This document shows, piece by piece, positions 13,784-25,329 of a stretch of DNA of 64,000 nucleotides. Source of the DNA: Octopus vulgaris (Eukaryota); the NCBI GenBank assembly GCA_951406725.2, contig OX597815.1, positions 189,038,001 to 189,102,000 of the forward strand, written 5' to 3'. The notes beneath the pieces are model-generated. The model saw only the letters and a program-made list of their open reading frames with translations, was not told the origin of the DNA and searched no databases. Both the position numbers and the translations under genes were made by a program. The number at the start of each line of letters is the position of its first letter. Positions within the stretch are counted from its first letter, which is position 1.

Positions 13784-14082
13784 TGTTCCTTCTCGAGCCA
13801 CACCTGGCTCATATGAGCCGGTTTCCCAGTTTCCTTGGCATATAGGTTTCCCACCTGGATGGGATGCCAGTCCGTCACAGGTGAGCTGCAAGATGCAGGA
13901 GGAAAGAGTGAGAGAAAGTTGTGACGAAAGAGCCATCAGAAGTTCGCCATTACCTTCTGCCGGAACCGCGTGGAGCTTAGGTGTTTCACTCATAAACACA
14001 CACATCGCCCGGTCTGAGATTCGAACCCGCGATCCCTCGACTGTGAGTCCGCTGCTCTAACCCCTAGGCCATGTGCCTCCAC
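13784..14082 (-). mobile_element. SINE family C with 13-bp target-site duplication
   Basis: tRNA-like head with GGGTTCGAATC B-box; ACTGGATAGAATT at 13771-13783 and 14083-14095. Confidence 0.9.
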
Positions 14083-14115
14083 ACTGGATAGAATTGCATG
14101 GCATTCTCCCACTGG

Positions 14116-14388
14116 TGCCAGCTATCCTGAGGGAAACTTCAGAGGGAACCAGCTACTAGACAGTTCGATTGGTCTTTCACCACTACACCTGGTTCTGATG
14201 ATCGATTTGCACGTCAGAGGCACTTCGGACTTCCACCAGTGTTTACTCTGACTTAGTCCCGACTGGTTATGTATTGCCATCTCTTGGGTCTCTGGCTTCC
14301 TGCTACACCTGAGCCAGAGCAGGAATGCGAATGTGTGGAAACGTGAGTGCGAACATGCCGACCTGACCTGGGAATGATGCTTCAAAGC
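14116..14388 (-). pseudogene. Decayed 28S rRNA fragment (end of D3 expansion plus the conserved core up to the LR5-primer region)
   Basis: Plus strand GCCAGCTATCCTGAGGGAAACTTCAGAGGGAACCAGCTACTAGA..GTTCGATT.GTCTTTC...CGATTTGCACGTCAG is the reverse complement of the conserved eukaryotic LSU core; several differences are CpG-type transitions. Confidence 0.9.
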
Positions 14389-14664
14389 GCATATAAATTT
14401 TAAAGTAAGTGAATAAATTTACATGTAAAAGTCATATGTGAAAACTATGCATCGTGTATATTGGGTTCAGGTACCGAATAGAGGAGTGACAAATAAAGAT
14501 AAAAATTTGAGGTAAGAGCTTCCAAAAGGAATTGTTAGAATTGATTAATAATTTGATGTTTACACAAAATGTTCAAAATTTTTAAAATCAGGGGTAAATT
14601 GGTAGATAAATAGGTAGATAAAATAAATATATACAGATTTGGGTGAATTCAGGTAAAGGATATT

Positions 14665-14752
14665 ATCTACAGCTGTTTCAGGGGTACAATAAATGTATAA
14701 ATTAAGTTTTAAGTATTCTGAATACAGAAACATAATCCCCCCTCATCAGAAT
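14665..14752 (-). ncRNA. Type-I hammerhead ribozyme-like motif in the PLE 3' region
   Basis: Minus strand: att-CTGATGA-GGGGG[~50 nt]CCCCT-GAAA-CAGCTG-TA-gat; palindromic stem III typical of PLE hammerheads; stem I weak. Confidence 0.7.
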
Positions 14753-15129
14753 GGTTTCCTTCATGATGAAATCCTACATGATAATAATTTGATAGATTAA
14801 AAAAGGAGAACTTTTTATGTTTTAATAAATTTTCAAAGCTCATATGCAAATGATAATATACTGGCAAGAATGGAAAGATCTAAAGTTCATAGTTAAGAAT
14901 TCAAATATTAATGTGATAAGTTTTAATAGATTTAGTTAATGGGTCTAATTCTATATGGCATTAGAAATACTAAATAGAACTTATGGGTATATTTTTTATT
15001 ATTAGTAAGATTACAGAGATAATATGTAAGTGATAATTTACTGGCTAGAATGGAAGGATTTAAGATTAATGGCAAAGACATTCAAATATTAATAAGATTA
15101 GATTTAATAGATTTAGTTAGCAGGTCTAG

Positions 15130-15990
15130 AAATGTTGAATGGAACTTATGGGTACATAAAGAAATCACATTTGAAAATTTGTTCAGCATATTAGCATTAA
15201 ATAATTTTAGAATTAGATACAATTCCCTAATACACAATTTACATTCCAAATGGAGGAATGCTGGCAGTTATGAACCATGTCATATATTAAATTTCTATAT
15301 CTAAGGTTATTCACAAAGGCCAGTAAAATGGTGGATGTCTTGTATTTAGGGTTTGTGAAAGAATTCTTGTGGGCTCTATATCTCCTTTTGAAGTTGGTTG
15401 TGCTCCCAATATATACCTTCTTCTGGCCAGTAGATATAGAAACCACGCATTTATAGACAACATTATAGCAGTGGCATGAGTCTGCAAGTGGACAGGAGCC
15501 AGGGACCCTACAATTACATAGTTTATTGAATGTTACTCTAGTCTGAATCTTCTTATTTTTATTCTCATTCTTATCCGTATGATTATTATTATGATTATTT
15601 ATATTGATGCTCTTATTTTTGTCGTCCCAAATAATAATATGATTAGACTTAGGTTTGGTAGCTAATTTCAAAATTATATATTTATTGTTATTGCTATTAT
15701 CCTTAGCCATACACTTAATTCTGTTTCCATCCAATTCTATACACAAGGTATTGCTACTAGCTAGAGTATTATGTTTATCAGTAACACACTTAATTTTTCT
15801 CCTATTTATTGAGGCTATTATGGCTCCTAAATTCGGTGTTACAGAATATGAAAATTTTACAGAGGATTTAATGCATATGATATAATATTTATGGTGTTTA
15901 TGGAAATTTAACTGTAGAATTTTAAAGAAAAGTTTAGGTAAATTTCAAACCCTGTGTGAGAAAGGAGGGGAGAACCACACAACCTCACAT
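15130..15990 (-). pseudogene. PLE linker and GIY-YIG endonuclease remnant
   Basis: VVWFSPPFSHRV*...VKFSYSVTPNLGAIIASINRRK; CNCRVPGSCPLADSC..NVVYKC...VYIGSTTNFKRRYRAHKNSF; then frameshifted CKLCIRELYLI...MLNKFSNVISLCTHK. Confidence 0.9.
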
Positions 15991-16243
15991 ATTCTAGGTT
16001 TATAATTACTGGATATATTAGGATTTTCAGGGGCAGACAGTTTATAGTTATATTTATTACAATTATTATAATGTTCATGGTTTCTTGAGCTAAACCCTTT
16101 AAATTATGGTTGATTAGGGCTAAGTATATTTAATGGGCCTAATTTCCCTAAATCTACAGAATTATTAGAAGTGGTATTTGCCATTTTCATTTTTAATTTT
16201 GTATTTCGTATATAATAAATGCTTTTATCAAATCTGCTTAATT

Positions 16244-16513
16244 TCAGGGCATTGTTATAAAACGATGCATTTGTTTAAAGATATGTTTGTTAGCTGATAA
16301 GTTTGATGACCTAATAGAAATAGCAACCACGATGCCATTAATAATTGAGTTGGGGTGTTTTGAAGATGCATTGATATATTGAAGGGTTCGGTTTGGTTTC
16401 CTATATGGATAGTAGAGCCAAGTATTTAAGTCTAATATAATGTCAAGAAAATTAGCTACCATAGGGTTGATATCAAAAACGACATCAAGGTTGTAAAAAT
16501 TTTTTATATCCAA
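16244..16513 (-). pseudogene. PLE reverse-transcriptase C-terminal (thumb) remnant
   Basis: ANFLDIILDL...YPYRKPNRTLQYINASSKHPNSII...IRSSNLSAN matches the PLE FLD...YRKP...YI...S.HP motif. Confidence 0.9.
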
Positions 16514-16732
16514 TTTTGTTCGTTTATTTATAAACTTGTATGTATATTTATTTCGTTGTATGTTTTAAATTATACTTTGGAATTTGTATTGATTGCCTAG
16601 ACTTGTTCTTTCTATAATTTCCATTATCCTTCGATTTGGCTCGCAATGAACACTTTTTAATACAATCCATATATTGTAAAGTATACATAAAAACATACTT
16701 TATAAGAAAATTTAATTTTATACACACACACA

Positions 16733-16817
<85 letters not shown>

Positions 16818-16849
16818 GTATATGTGTATGTATGTATCTATATATATAC

Positions 16850-17010
16850 AGTTGAAATTTATAGAAAAACAAAATATGAAGACAGGTGTATGAACAACGA
16901 GCAGGTGTATTAGTTTGACGTTCAGGAAAATGAAAAAGTCTTTTACATTTTGAGCCTATGCTCTTCAACAAAAAGGAATAAGAGAAAATAGAGATAGAAT
17001 GAAAAACACT
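16850..17010 (-). mobile_element. (TA)n-anchored short element with decayed U6 hammerhead-like motif (16939-16976)
   Basis: Homologous to 25657-25845 and 56595-56737; flanked by TA/CA tracts. Confidence 0.7.
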
Positions 17011-17109
<99 letters not shown>

Positions 17110-17154
17110 ATACATATACAGTAATTACAATAATATACAATAATATTACAATAA

Positions 17155-17328
17155 TATATTTTAAATCATTGCTACACACATTTCCACAAATTCCATGAAT
17201 GGATGAACATAATCTCCCCAATGTCCATGGATACTACAGACTGAACTGTAATCATCCCAGGAATATGGGCTATGATATTAAGTAACATGTAATTTGTGGA
17301 AACGTGCGTAGTGATGCATTAAAATATA
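17155..17328. repeat. Inverted repeat, ~26-38-bp arms
   Basis: CATTGCTACACACATTTCCACAAATT (17167-17192) vs AATTTGTGGAAACGTGCGTAGTGATG (17291-17316); mismatches fall at former CpGs. Confidence 0.75.
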
Positions 17329-17582
17329 TATAAATTCCATCCAAAGATTATTATTGTTGTTACTGTATTTATCCTACATTACATCAGCACAGCTTGGTGC
17401 AATCCCAAATACTTGGTATCATGAGGCTGTAGCTGGCATAATAGAATATTCAAAACACTTCCTGTAAACGAAATTAAGGGATATGTACGTATAACTTAGA
17501 TAAACTTAGATATGTTTCGACCAAAGATTGGTCCAGGCCATGTCTAACTTAATAGCACCACCTGATAGGATTATTCGAATCC

Positions 17583-17697
17583 TGTTTAAGTCAAGTTTTG
17601 TTTAAGTCAAGTTTTGTTCAAGTAGTGAGTTCTTGTTGGGTGAGTTGTATCCAGTTTTGTTCAAGTAGTGAGTTCTTGTTGGGTGAGTTGTATCCAA
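17583..17697. repeat. Nested short tandem duplications (16 bp and ~43 bp)
   Basis: GTTTAAGTCAAGTTTT twice; TTTTGTTCAAGTAGTGAGTTCTTGTTGGGTGAGTTGTATCCA twice. Confidence 0.85.
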
Positions 17698-17845
17698 TTA
17701 TGGATATATATTTATATACACAAAATTAATTTTGTATGTAATATAATTTTTAATCTTTGGATTTTTTAAATATGCTAAGGCACTGGTTTTAATTGATTAA
17801 TATCAATTTCTACCCTCATTATTTAATTTTATGTATATATATAAA

Positions 17846-18086
17846 AGTGTGTGTGTGTGTGTGTGTGTATCTTTGTGTCAGTGTTTGTCTCCACCACTAC
17901 TTGCCAACCGGTGTCAGTGGGTTTACATCCCCATAACTAGATAGTTTGGTATAAGAGACAAATAGAATAAGTACAAGCTGAAAAAGAAATAAGTACTATG
18001 GTCGATTAGTTTGACTGAAATTCTTCATGGTGGTGCTCCAGCATGGCCACAATCTAATGACTGTAAGAAGTAAAGAGATAAAGATA
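17846..18086 (+). mobile_element. SINE family B, 3' half
   Basis: GGTGCTCCAGCATGGCCACA...ATGACTG...TAAAAGA tail. Confidence 0.75.
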
Positions 18087-18332
18087 ATGCAACATTGACA
18101 TCATCCTTTCATTCTGATGAAGAGGCCAAGAAATGGGTCTTTAAACATTAATGCACTAAGTGATTTAAGCATGATTTTCTTCTAAATTAAACATAAGAGC
18201 TAATGAGGAAATATGCAAAGTTTAGCAAAAATTGCTTAAACTTAACCACAGCTGTGCCTTCAATATAAAATGTTGAAAGAAAAACTGCTTCTCACTTATG
18301 CACACATACACATATAGCTGCACACAGATATG

Positions 18333-18363
<31 letters not shown>

Positions 18364-18625
18364 GTATGTGTGTGTGTGTATAGATCCATATATAATTGCT
18401 AGCAAGATATCTATTTGTATAATTGCATACTGGTGTATAGAGGTGTATATTAAAAATATTTATATCCATCTCACACGTATTATATACAAACAGGCATAAA
18501 CATGAATATAAGGATATCTATATATATAAATAAAAGTATATATATGTATATATATATATATATATATATTCACATATATACGAAAATATATTTAGCCACA
18601 CAGCACACATATATGCATGCATGTG

Positions 18626-18668
<43 letters not shown>

Positions 18669-19074
18669 ATACATACAGACAGATACCTGCTTTATTATTT
18701 TTTTAAGTAGTTTTTCAATTTCCTCTCTTTCTTACATGCTTCTTACTTGTCTAATATCCTTGAGGCATCATTTCACACCACGAAATTGCAAAAGAATGTT
18801 TCATATTTCAGAAGAGCAATATTAGAATCTCAAAATTGGGTTTCTACTCACATTTCATATACTTTCGTGCAGACACATACAAATACCAAAGACACCCACC
18901 CCGCCCTACACAATATATAGATCTCCCTCGACTACATTAACACACAAGATTATATATATATATACGTATATACATATGCACATACATATGCATATAAATA
19001 CATACACATTTATATGCATATACACATTATATATATGTATACATACACATTATCTATCTATCTATCTATATGTA

Positions 19075-19105
<31 letters not shown>

Positions 19106-19156
19106 ATATATATTTATATATGTATGTATATCTATCTATCTATCTATCTACCTATA

Positions 19157-19190
<34 letters not shown>

Positions 19191-19713
19191 CATACATACA
19201 TATATATATATATACATACATGCATATATACATATACACACACAGATGATTTAGTGCTTACACCAAAACATGGAATTACAGGAAGGAACAATGAAAATAC
19301 TAATAAATTCTTTTTTTTTCTGCAATATATCTTCATAATCTTTCTTTCTATTTTGTTGCATTTAGTTTAATTTCAAATTCTTTCTTTATCGATATAGTTT
19401 ACTGTTAGTTTTGGATAACATTTAATATCGAAACTGTATTCACTCTTATATTAACAACTTAGAAAGCGTATTATTTTTATCACATGACGCATAAATAAAT
19501 AAACATCTTCTAAACACCAAATGTATTTTAAAGGTTGATGCTTAACTCACTCTGTTTTTATAGCATTAGATATTGAAGATATACATTCTGTACATAGAAC
19601 ACTGGATTATTGCAGGTAAAATTCCCAGACCATTCAACATTATATCAAAATTCACACAGCAACAATTCCTGTGAATTTGAAATATAGATTTACGAGCAGG
19701 TATTTTGATATAC

Positions 19714-20039
19714 GGAGGCGCAATAGCCCAGTGGTTAGGGCAGCGGACTTGTGGTTGGAGGATCGCGGTTTCGATTCCCAGACCGGGCGTTCCGTGGGTT
19801 TATTGAGCGAAAACACCTAAAGCTCCACGAGGCTCCGGCAGGGGGTGGTAGTGGACCCTGTTGTACTCTTTCACCCCAAATTTCTCTCACTCTCTCTTCC
19901 TGTTTCTTGAGTAACGCTGCGATGGACTGGTGTCTTGTCCAGCTAGGGGGAACACATATGCTACAGAAACCAGGAAACTGGGCCCATGAGCCAGGCTAGA
20001 CTTGAAATGGGTGCATAAATAAAAAAATTTAAAAAAACA
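19714..20039 (+). mobile_element. SINE family C with 11-bp TSD
   Basis: GGAGGCGCAATAGCCCAGTGG head; ATTTTGATATA at 19702-19712 and 20040-20050. Confidence 0.85.
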
Positions 20040-20104
20040 ATTTTGATATATACAACTCATTCTTCAACCCTTTTCTTATCATATTTCTGTAGACATAGAC
20101 TGCT

Positions 20105-20480
20105 TTCTTTTATTCTTTTATTATTTTACCTGTTTCAATCATTTGCTTATGGCCATGCTGGAGCAAGAAATCCAGGACTTATTCTTTGTGAGCCTAGTAC
20201 TTATTCTATTGGTATCTTTTTGCTGAACTGCTAAGTTACAGGGGACATAAACACAGCAACATCGGTTGTCAAGCAATGGTAAGGAGACAAACACAGACAC
20301 ACAAACATATACATATATACAAGGGCTTCTTTCAGTTTCCTTCAACCAAATCCTCTCAGAAGGCTTTGGTCAGCCCAAGGCTGTAGTAGAAGACACTTAC
20401 CCAAGGTGCCACACGGTGGGACTGAACCCAGAACCATGTGGTTGGGAAGCAAACTTCTTACCACAGCCACGCCTGCGCCT
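20105..20480 (-). mobile_element. SINE family B
   Basis: tRNA-like head, CORE-like ACCTTGGG.AAGTGTCTT, internal (TA/TG)n, TAAAAGA tail. Confidence 0.85.
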
Positions 20481-20561
20481 ATTTGAATTAATTTTGAAAA
20501 TAACAAGGAATTTAGGAAAATAATTTTACCATTATTAAGTTATTGTTTAGAATATGGATTG

Positions 20562-20773
20562 GTTTCAAATTTTGGCACAAGGCCAGCAATTTTGGGGAAG
20601 GGGTAATTCAATTATATTGACCCAAGTGTTCAACTGGAACTTATTTTATTGACCCTGAAATGATGAAAGGCTAAGTCAACCTCGGCTGAGTTTGAACTCA
20701 GAACATAAAGACGAATGAAATGCTGCTAAACATTTTGCCTGATGTACTAACGATTCTGCCAGGTCACTGCCTT
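20562..20773 (-). mobile_element. SINE family A
   Basis: GATGAAAGGCTAAGTCAACCTC...TTTGAACTCAGAAC. Confidence 0.8.
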
Positions 20774-20907
20774 ATTTCTCGAACATGAATTATCATGAAA
20801 TTTTAATAGAATTATCATGAAATTTTAATAGAAGCTTTTAATTCAGATTATTTTTTGAAACGGGAAGTTTTTATCATAGAATCAGGAATTAATCGCAGGT
20901 GGGTTGC

Positions 20908-21326
20908 TCTTTTTTACTCTTTTTTTACTCTTTTTACTTGTTTCAGTCATTTGACTGTGGCCATGCTATAGCACCACCTTTAGTCGAGCAAATCGATCCC
21001 AGGACTTATTCTTTTTGTAAGCCCAGTACTTATTCTATCGATCTCTTTTGCCGAACCGCTAAGTTACAGGGACGTAAACACACCAGCATCGGTTGTCAAG
21101 CAATGTTGGGAGGACAAACACAGGCACACAAACACACACACACACACATATATATATACATATATACGACGGGTCTTCTTTTCAGTTTCCGTCTACCAAA
21201 TCCACTCACAAGGCTTTGGTCGGCCCGAGGCTATAGTAGAAGACACTTGCCCAAGGTGCCACACAGTGGGACTGAACCCGGTACCATGTGGTTGGTAAGC
21301 AAGCTACTTACCACACAGCCACTCCT
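20908..21326 (-). mobile_element. SINE family B, full length
   Basis: Colinear with 42929-43328. Confidence 0.9.
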
Positions 21327-21474
21327 ACATCTGATATCAAATCGTTTAATATGTGGTTTTTCTTTATAACAGAAAAATTAAACTAAATTGATTAATTAAA
21401 TGCCATAAAACTGCAGCAACCTAAGCATCAACCAGTCAGATCTATTTGGTGCTGAGAAGGCACTTATTTATATA

Positions 21475-21760
21475 TCTTTATATATAAAAGTCAAGTTCTG
21501 TGTCTGTCTCCTACGATTTAGATTCCTAACTACTCCCACATTTTGTGGTGCAGTTTAACCAAAACCGGGTATCTTATAGTCGTGATTCATATCGAGCCCT
21601 TCTGGGTATTAGCGGGCATATACGATGAGTCTACGATTTAAAAAAAAAATTACCATCATTTTTTTTTTCATTTTTAACGCATTTTTTGGCTATAACTCTC
21701 TAAAAATGCTTATATAGTTATTTCCCTTACAAACCTGAGCAACGCCGGGCGATACTGCTA

Positions 21761-21761
<1 letters not shown>
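21475..21761 (+). mobile_element. Non-autonomous Helitron
   Basis: 5' TCTTTATATATAAAAG, subterminal GC hairpin CCTGAGCAACGCCGGG (21734-21749), 3' CTAG, inserted between A and T with no TSD. Confidence 0.85.
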
Positions 21762-21791
<30 letters not shown>

Positions 21792-22319
21792 TTAGGGAAT
21801 AAATCCAAACTTACAGGGAAAAATTAGATTTAGGATTAAATCCTATTTTATAGTATATATATATATATATATATATATAGTATATATATATATATCATCA
21901 TCATCATCATCATGTCATGTCCTCCTTCCATGCTGGCAAGAACTGGCCAAGTGGGAGCCTGTGCCATGCTTCTGAGTGTTTTTGTATGGTTTTTACAGCT
22001 TGATGCCATAGTGATGAAAATAAAATGGTTTTCTAAGTTCTCAATATAAAGGTGAATGTAGTTCTAATGCTAACTGCTGTCCATAACTAATGGTAAAATA
22101 TATCACTAAGGAAGGAATTTTGAGACTACAAGCTAACAAAATACATTAGGTGCAGGCGTGGACGTGTGACAATTTGCTTTCTGACCGCATGGATCTGGGT
22201 TCAGTCCTACTTTGTGGCACCTTGTGCAAGTGTCTTCAACTTTAGCCTCAGGTCAACAACAGCCTTGTGAATAGACTTGGTAGATGGAAACTAAAAGAAA
22301 CACATCATATATATATATA

Positions 22320-22427
<108 letters not shown>

Positions 22428-22475
22428 CACACACACGTACATATATATATATATACATATATATATGTATATGTC

Positions 22476-22519
<44 letters not shown>

Positions 22520-22550
22520 TACACATATATGCATACACACACACACACAT

Positions 22551-22594
<44 letters not shown>

Positions 22595-23166
22595 AGATTG
22601 GAGCCTGGTGCAGCTATCTGGTTCGCCAGTCCTCAGTCAAACCGTCCAACCTATGCTAGCATGGAAAGCGGACGTTAAACGATGATGATGATGACGATGG
22701 TGAAGATGATGATGATGATGAATAGTGAAGGCATCTGGTTAAGTGGTTATGCCATTCAGTTCATGATCGTGAGGGCACTCCAGCCCACTCAGCTAGTAAA
22801 AATTAATTGTACTTGTATTTCAAAGGGCCTGCCTTCTCATATTCTGTGCCATACAGAATCTCCCTGAGAACTACCATTAAGGGTTCATGTAGTTATTGAG
22901 TGCTCAGCCCCTTGCATTTTAATTTCATGTGGAGGCTATTCCAATAATCGAATCCTCCAGAACCTTCATCATCATAACCATTGGAGTGTCAGTTTTTACA
23001 TTAAGAATATTTTATCAAGTAATGTTCCAGACACCCAGACAATAAATGAAGATACTAGTTATTCTACTAAATCCTTCCATATTCTTGAATATTTTCATTA
23101 TTGAAACACACGCACAAAAGTAGGGTATTTCATTAGAAATATAGCTATGGAAAGTTAAAGGTGATA

Positions 23167-23570
23167 TTCTTTACTCTTTTACTCTTTCACTTGTTTCAGT
23201 CATTTGACTGTGGCCATGCTGGAGCACCGCCTTTAGTCGAGCAAATCAACCCCAGGACTTATTCTTTGTAAGCCCAGTACTTATTCTATCGGTCTCTTTT
23301 GCCAAACCGCTGGGTGACGGGGACGTAAACACACCAGCATCGGTTGTCAAGCAATGCTAGAGGAACAAACACAGACACACAAGCACACACATATATATAT
23401 ACATATATATGACAGGCTTCTTTCAGTTTCCGTCTACCAAATCCACTCACAAGGCATTGATCGGCCCAGGGCTATAGCAGAAGACATTTGCCCAAGATGC
23501 CACGCAGTGGGACTGAACCCGGAACCATGTGGCTGGTTAGCAAGCTACTTACCACACAGCCACTCCTGCG
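23167..23570 (-). mobile_element. SINE family B, full length
   Basis: Colinear with the other B copies. Confidence 0.9.
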
Positions 23571-23972
23571 TTTATGTTTTCATTTATGAAGCATTTGGCT
23601 GCTATTTCTGCACAGAGGCTTCCTTATTGGCACCATTTAATCATGAATAGGTGTGCTAGCTACATTCAAATATTAAGTTTTGCTGCAATTTATAATTTAA
23701 TGACTGTAAAAATGTTGTGATTTAAAGCTACAAAATCTTTGAAAGGAAATTTATTGATAAAATGTAAACAAATTTTGTTAATTATCTTTCAGATTACTAC
23801 AAAAGTTAAACAGGTTTATTGATAGAAATATAGACACATAGTATTTTACAAAGTCATATATTTTTAATTTTCATACATAAATTTTGTAGATATCTTTGTA
23901 TCATTTGAAATTTATAATTTACATTTTGCAAAACTTTAAAACGAAATGACAGTGTAGTTAAGAGAAATTCAC

Positions 23973-24031
23973 CTTATAGACAACGAGTAAAAACACACCA
24001 AGCTGGACTATGAAGCGTGTCATTGAACTGT
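23973..24031 (-). CDS. Candidate small exon of an unidentified gene (xSSMTRFIVQLGVFLLVVYK)
   Basis: ttttgtaaccag| acceptor and AAG|gtgaat donor; open frame is phase-compatible with 24543-24631. No homology recognised. Confidence 0.2.
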
Positions 24032-24142
24032 CTGGTTACAAAACATGAACACTCTCTGTAACACTTCAAAAACAGTTAGTTGATTGTTACACTTCTGTGT
24101 GAAGTAAAAAAGTGGTTCTTATATGAAATAGTTTAACTAATT

Positions 24143-24433
24143 TCCCACGTAAAAAACACCGTCCGATCGTGGCCATTGCCAGCCTCGCCTGGCCCTCGTG
24201 CCGGTAGCACGTAAAAAGCACCATCCGACTGTGGCCATTTGCCAGCTCCGTCTGGCACGTAAAAAGTACCCACTACACTCATGGAGTGGTTGGCGTTAGG
24301 AAGGGCATCCAGCTGTAGAAACATTGCCAGATCAGACTGGGCCTGGTGCAGCCTTCTGGCTTCCCAGACCCTTGTTGACCCGTCCAACCCATGCTAGCAT
24401 GGAAAGCGGACGCTAAATGATGATGATGATGAT
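24143..24433 (+). mobile_element. RTE-like LINE 3' UTR fragment, CpG-rich (young)
   Basis: Three CACGTAAAAA(G/A)CACC-type subrepeats, GGTTGGCGTTAGGAAGGGCATCCAGCTGTAGAAA, (GAT)n tail. Confidence 0.85.
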
Positions 24434-24542
24434 TTTGTCATGCCCCTGTTTAAGGTACTATATGCAGTTTAGTCCAGCTATTTTAGCCAAGAATTACTTT
24501 TTGATTGATTTAAATAGTACTTGCTATGAATTCGCTTCTTAC

Positions 24543-24631
24543 ATAGAAGGTGAGAGATATTTGATCTGAAAAGCGGCCAATCTACCATGAAAATTGAGGA
24601 GTACTTGTTCCCTGAAGAATTGCCAATTAAC
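24543..24631 (-). CDS. Candidate small exon (LIGNSSGNKYSSIFMVDWPLFRSNISHLL)
   Basis: ttttgcatgtttcaag| acceptor and CTAT|gtaaga donor; joins in frame (T+AC=Tyr) to 23973-24031. No homology recognised. Confidence 0.2.
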
Positions 24632-24902
24632 CTTGAAACATGCAAAAGTCAATTTCTTTATTCTGTTTGTAAAGATGATTACAAGTTATACATTCCTATG
24701 GCTTGTAGGCACTGGTATGGCTGTGTAGTAGAAGATTTGTTTCCAAACCACATGGCTTCAGGTTCTCTCCAATTCCATGGTACCTTGAGCAAGTGTGAGT
24801 TATTGAATACTCTTTTGCAATAAAAAAACATAGAGATACAGAGATACGACTGGATTGGGGCATAATTATTGCGGCTTTTTTTCAACAAATTTTATTCAAC
24901 AA

Positions 24903-25047
24903 AAACAATAACAACATGTAACAAAAACATCTTTAAATGATTATTCCGGAGCATATTCACCATCTACTTCAATTACTGCTTCTCATTTGCTTGGAAGATG
25001 GTCAAAGCGTCATTTACAGATGTTTCTGTTACATGTTGTTATTGTTT
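24903..25047. repeat. 38-bp inverted repeat with ~69-bp spacer
   Basis: 24903-24940 vs 25010-25047, 2 mismatches. Confidence 0.85.
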
Positions 25048-25329
25048 CTTGCATCACCTAGTTGTCCGAATGTTTTGCATTCTTGTCCCATTTTGTATTT
25101 TTTTAATATATATATACAACACACCACCCACACACCCATCCCCACATCTCCACACCCATACATACATACACACACACGTCCAGACCACCAGCCCTCTTTC
25201 ACACGCACATACATACTCTCTTATACACACACGCACCTTTGTGTTGGGGGAACCTTCGTATTAGAAGTCACTTGACCCTGTTATCTCCCCTACAGTCCCT
25301 CTCGCATCTGACCACTGTCCGAAGTCAGG

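Larger units (their letters stand above)
14400..16530 (-). mobile_element. 5'-truncated Penelope-like retroelement (PLE)
   Basis: RT thumb, linker, GIY-YIG and a 3' hammerhead-like motif in the expected order on the minus strand. Confidence 0.9.

Noticed and set aside
14005-14082. tRNA gene (also at 19714, 30248 and 46689)
   Set aside because: A/B boxes are present, but the acceptor stem does not close and the sequence runs into SINE bodies.
18110-18150. CTGATGA...GAAA...GTC hammerhead
   Set aside because: No stem I or stem II complementarity.
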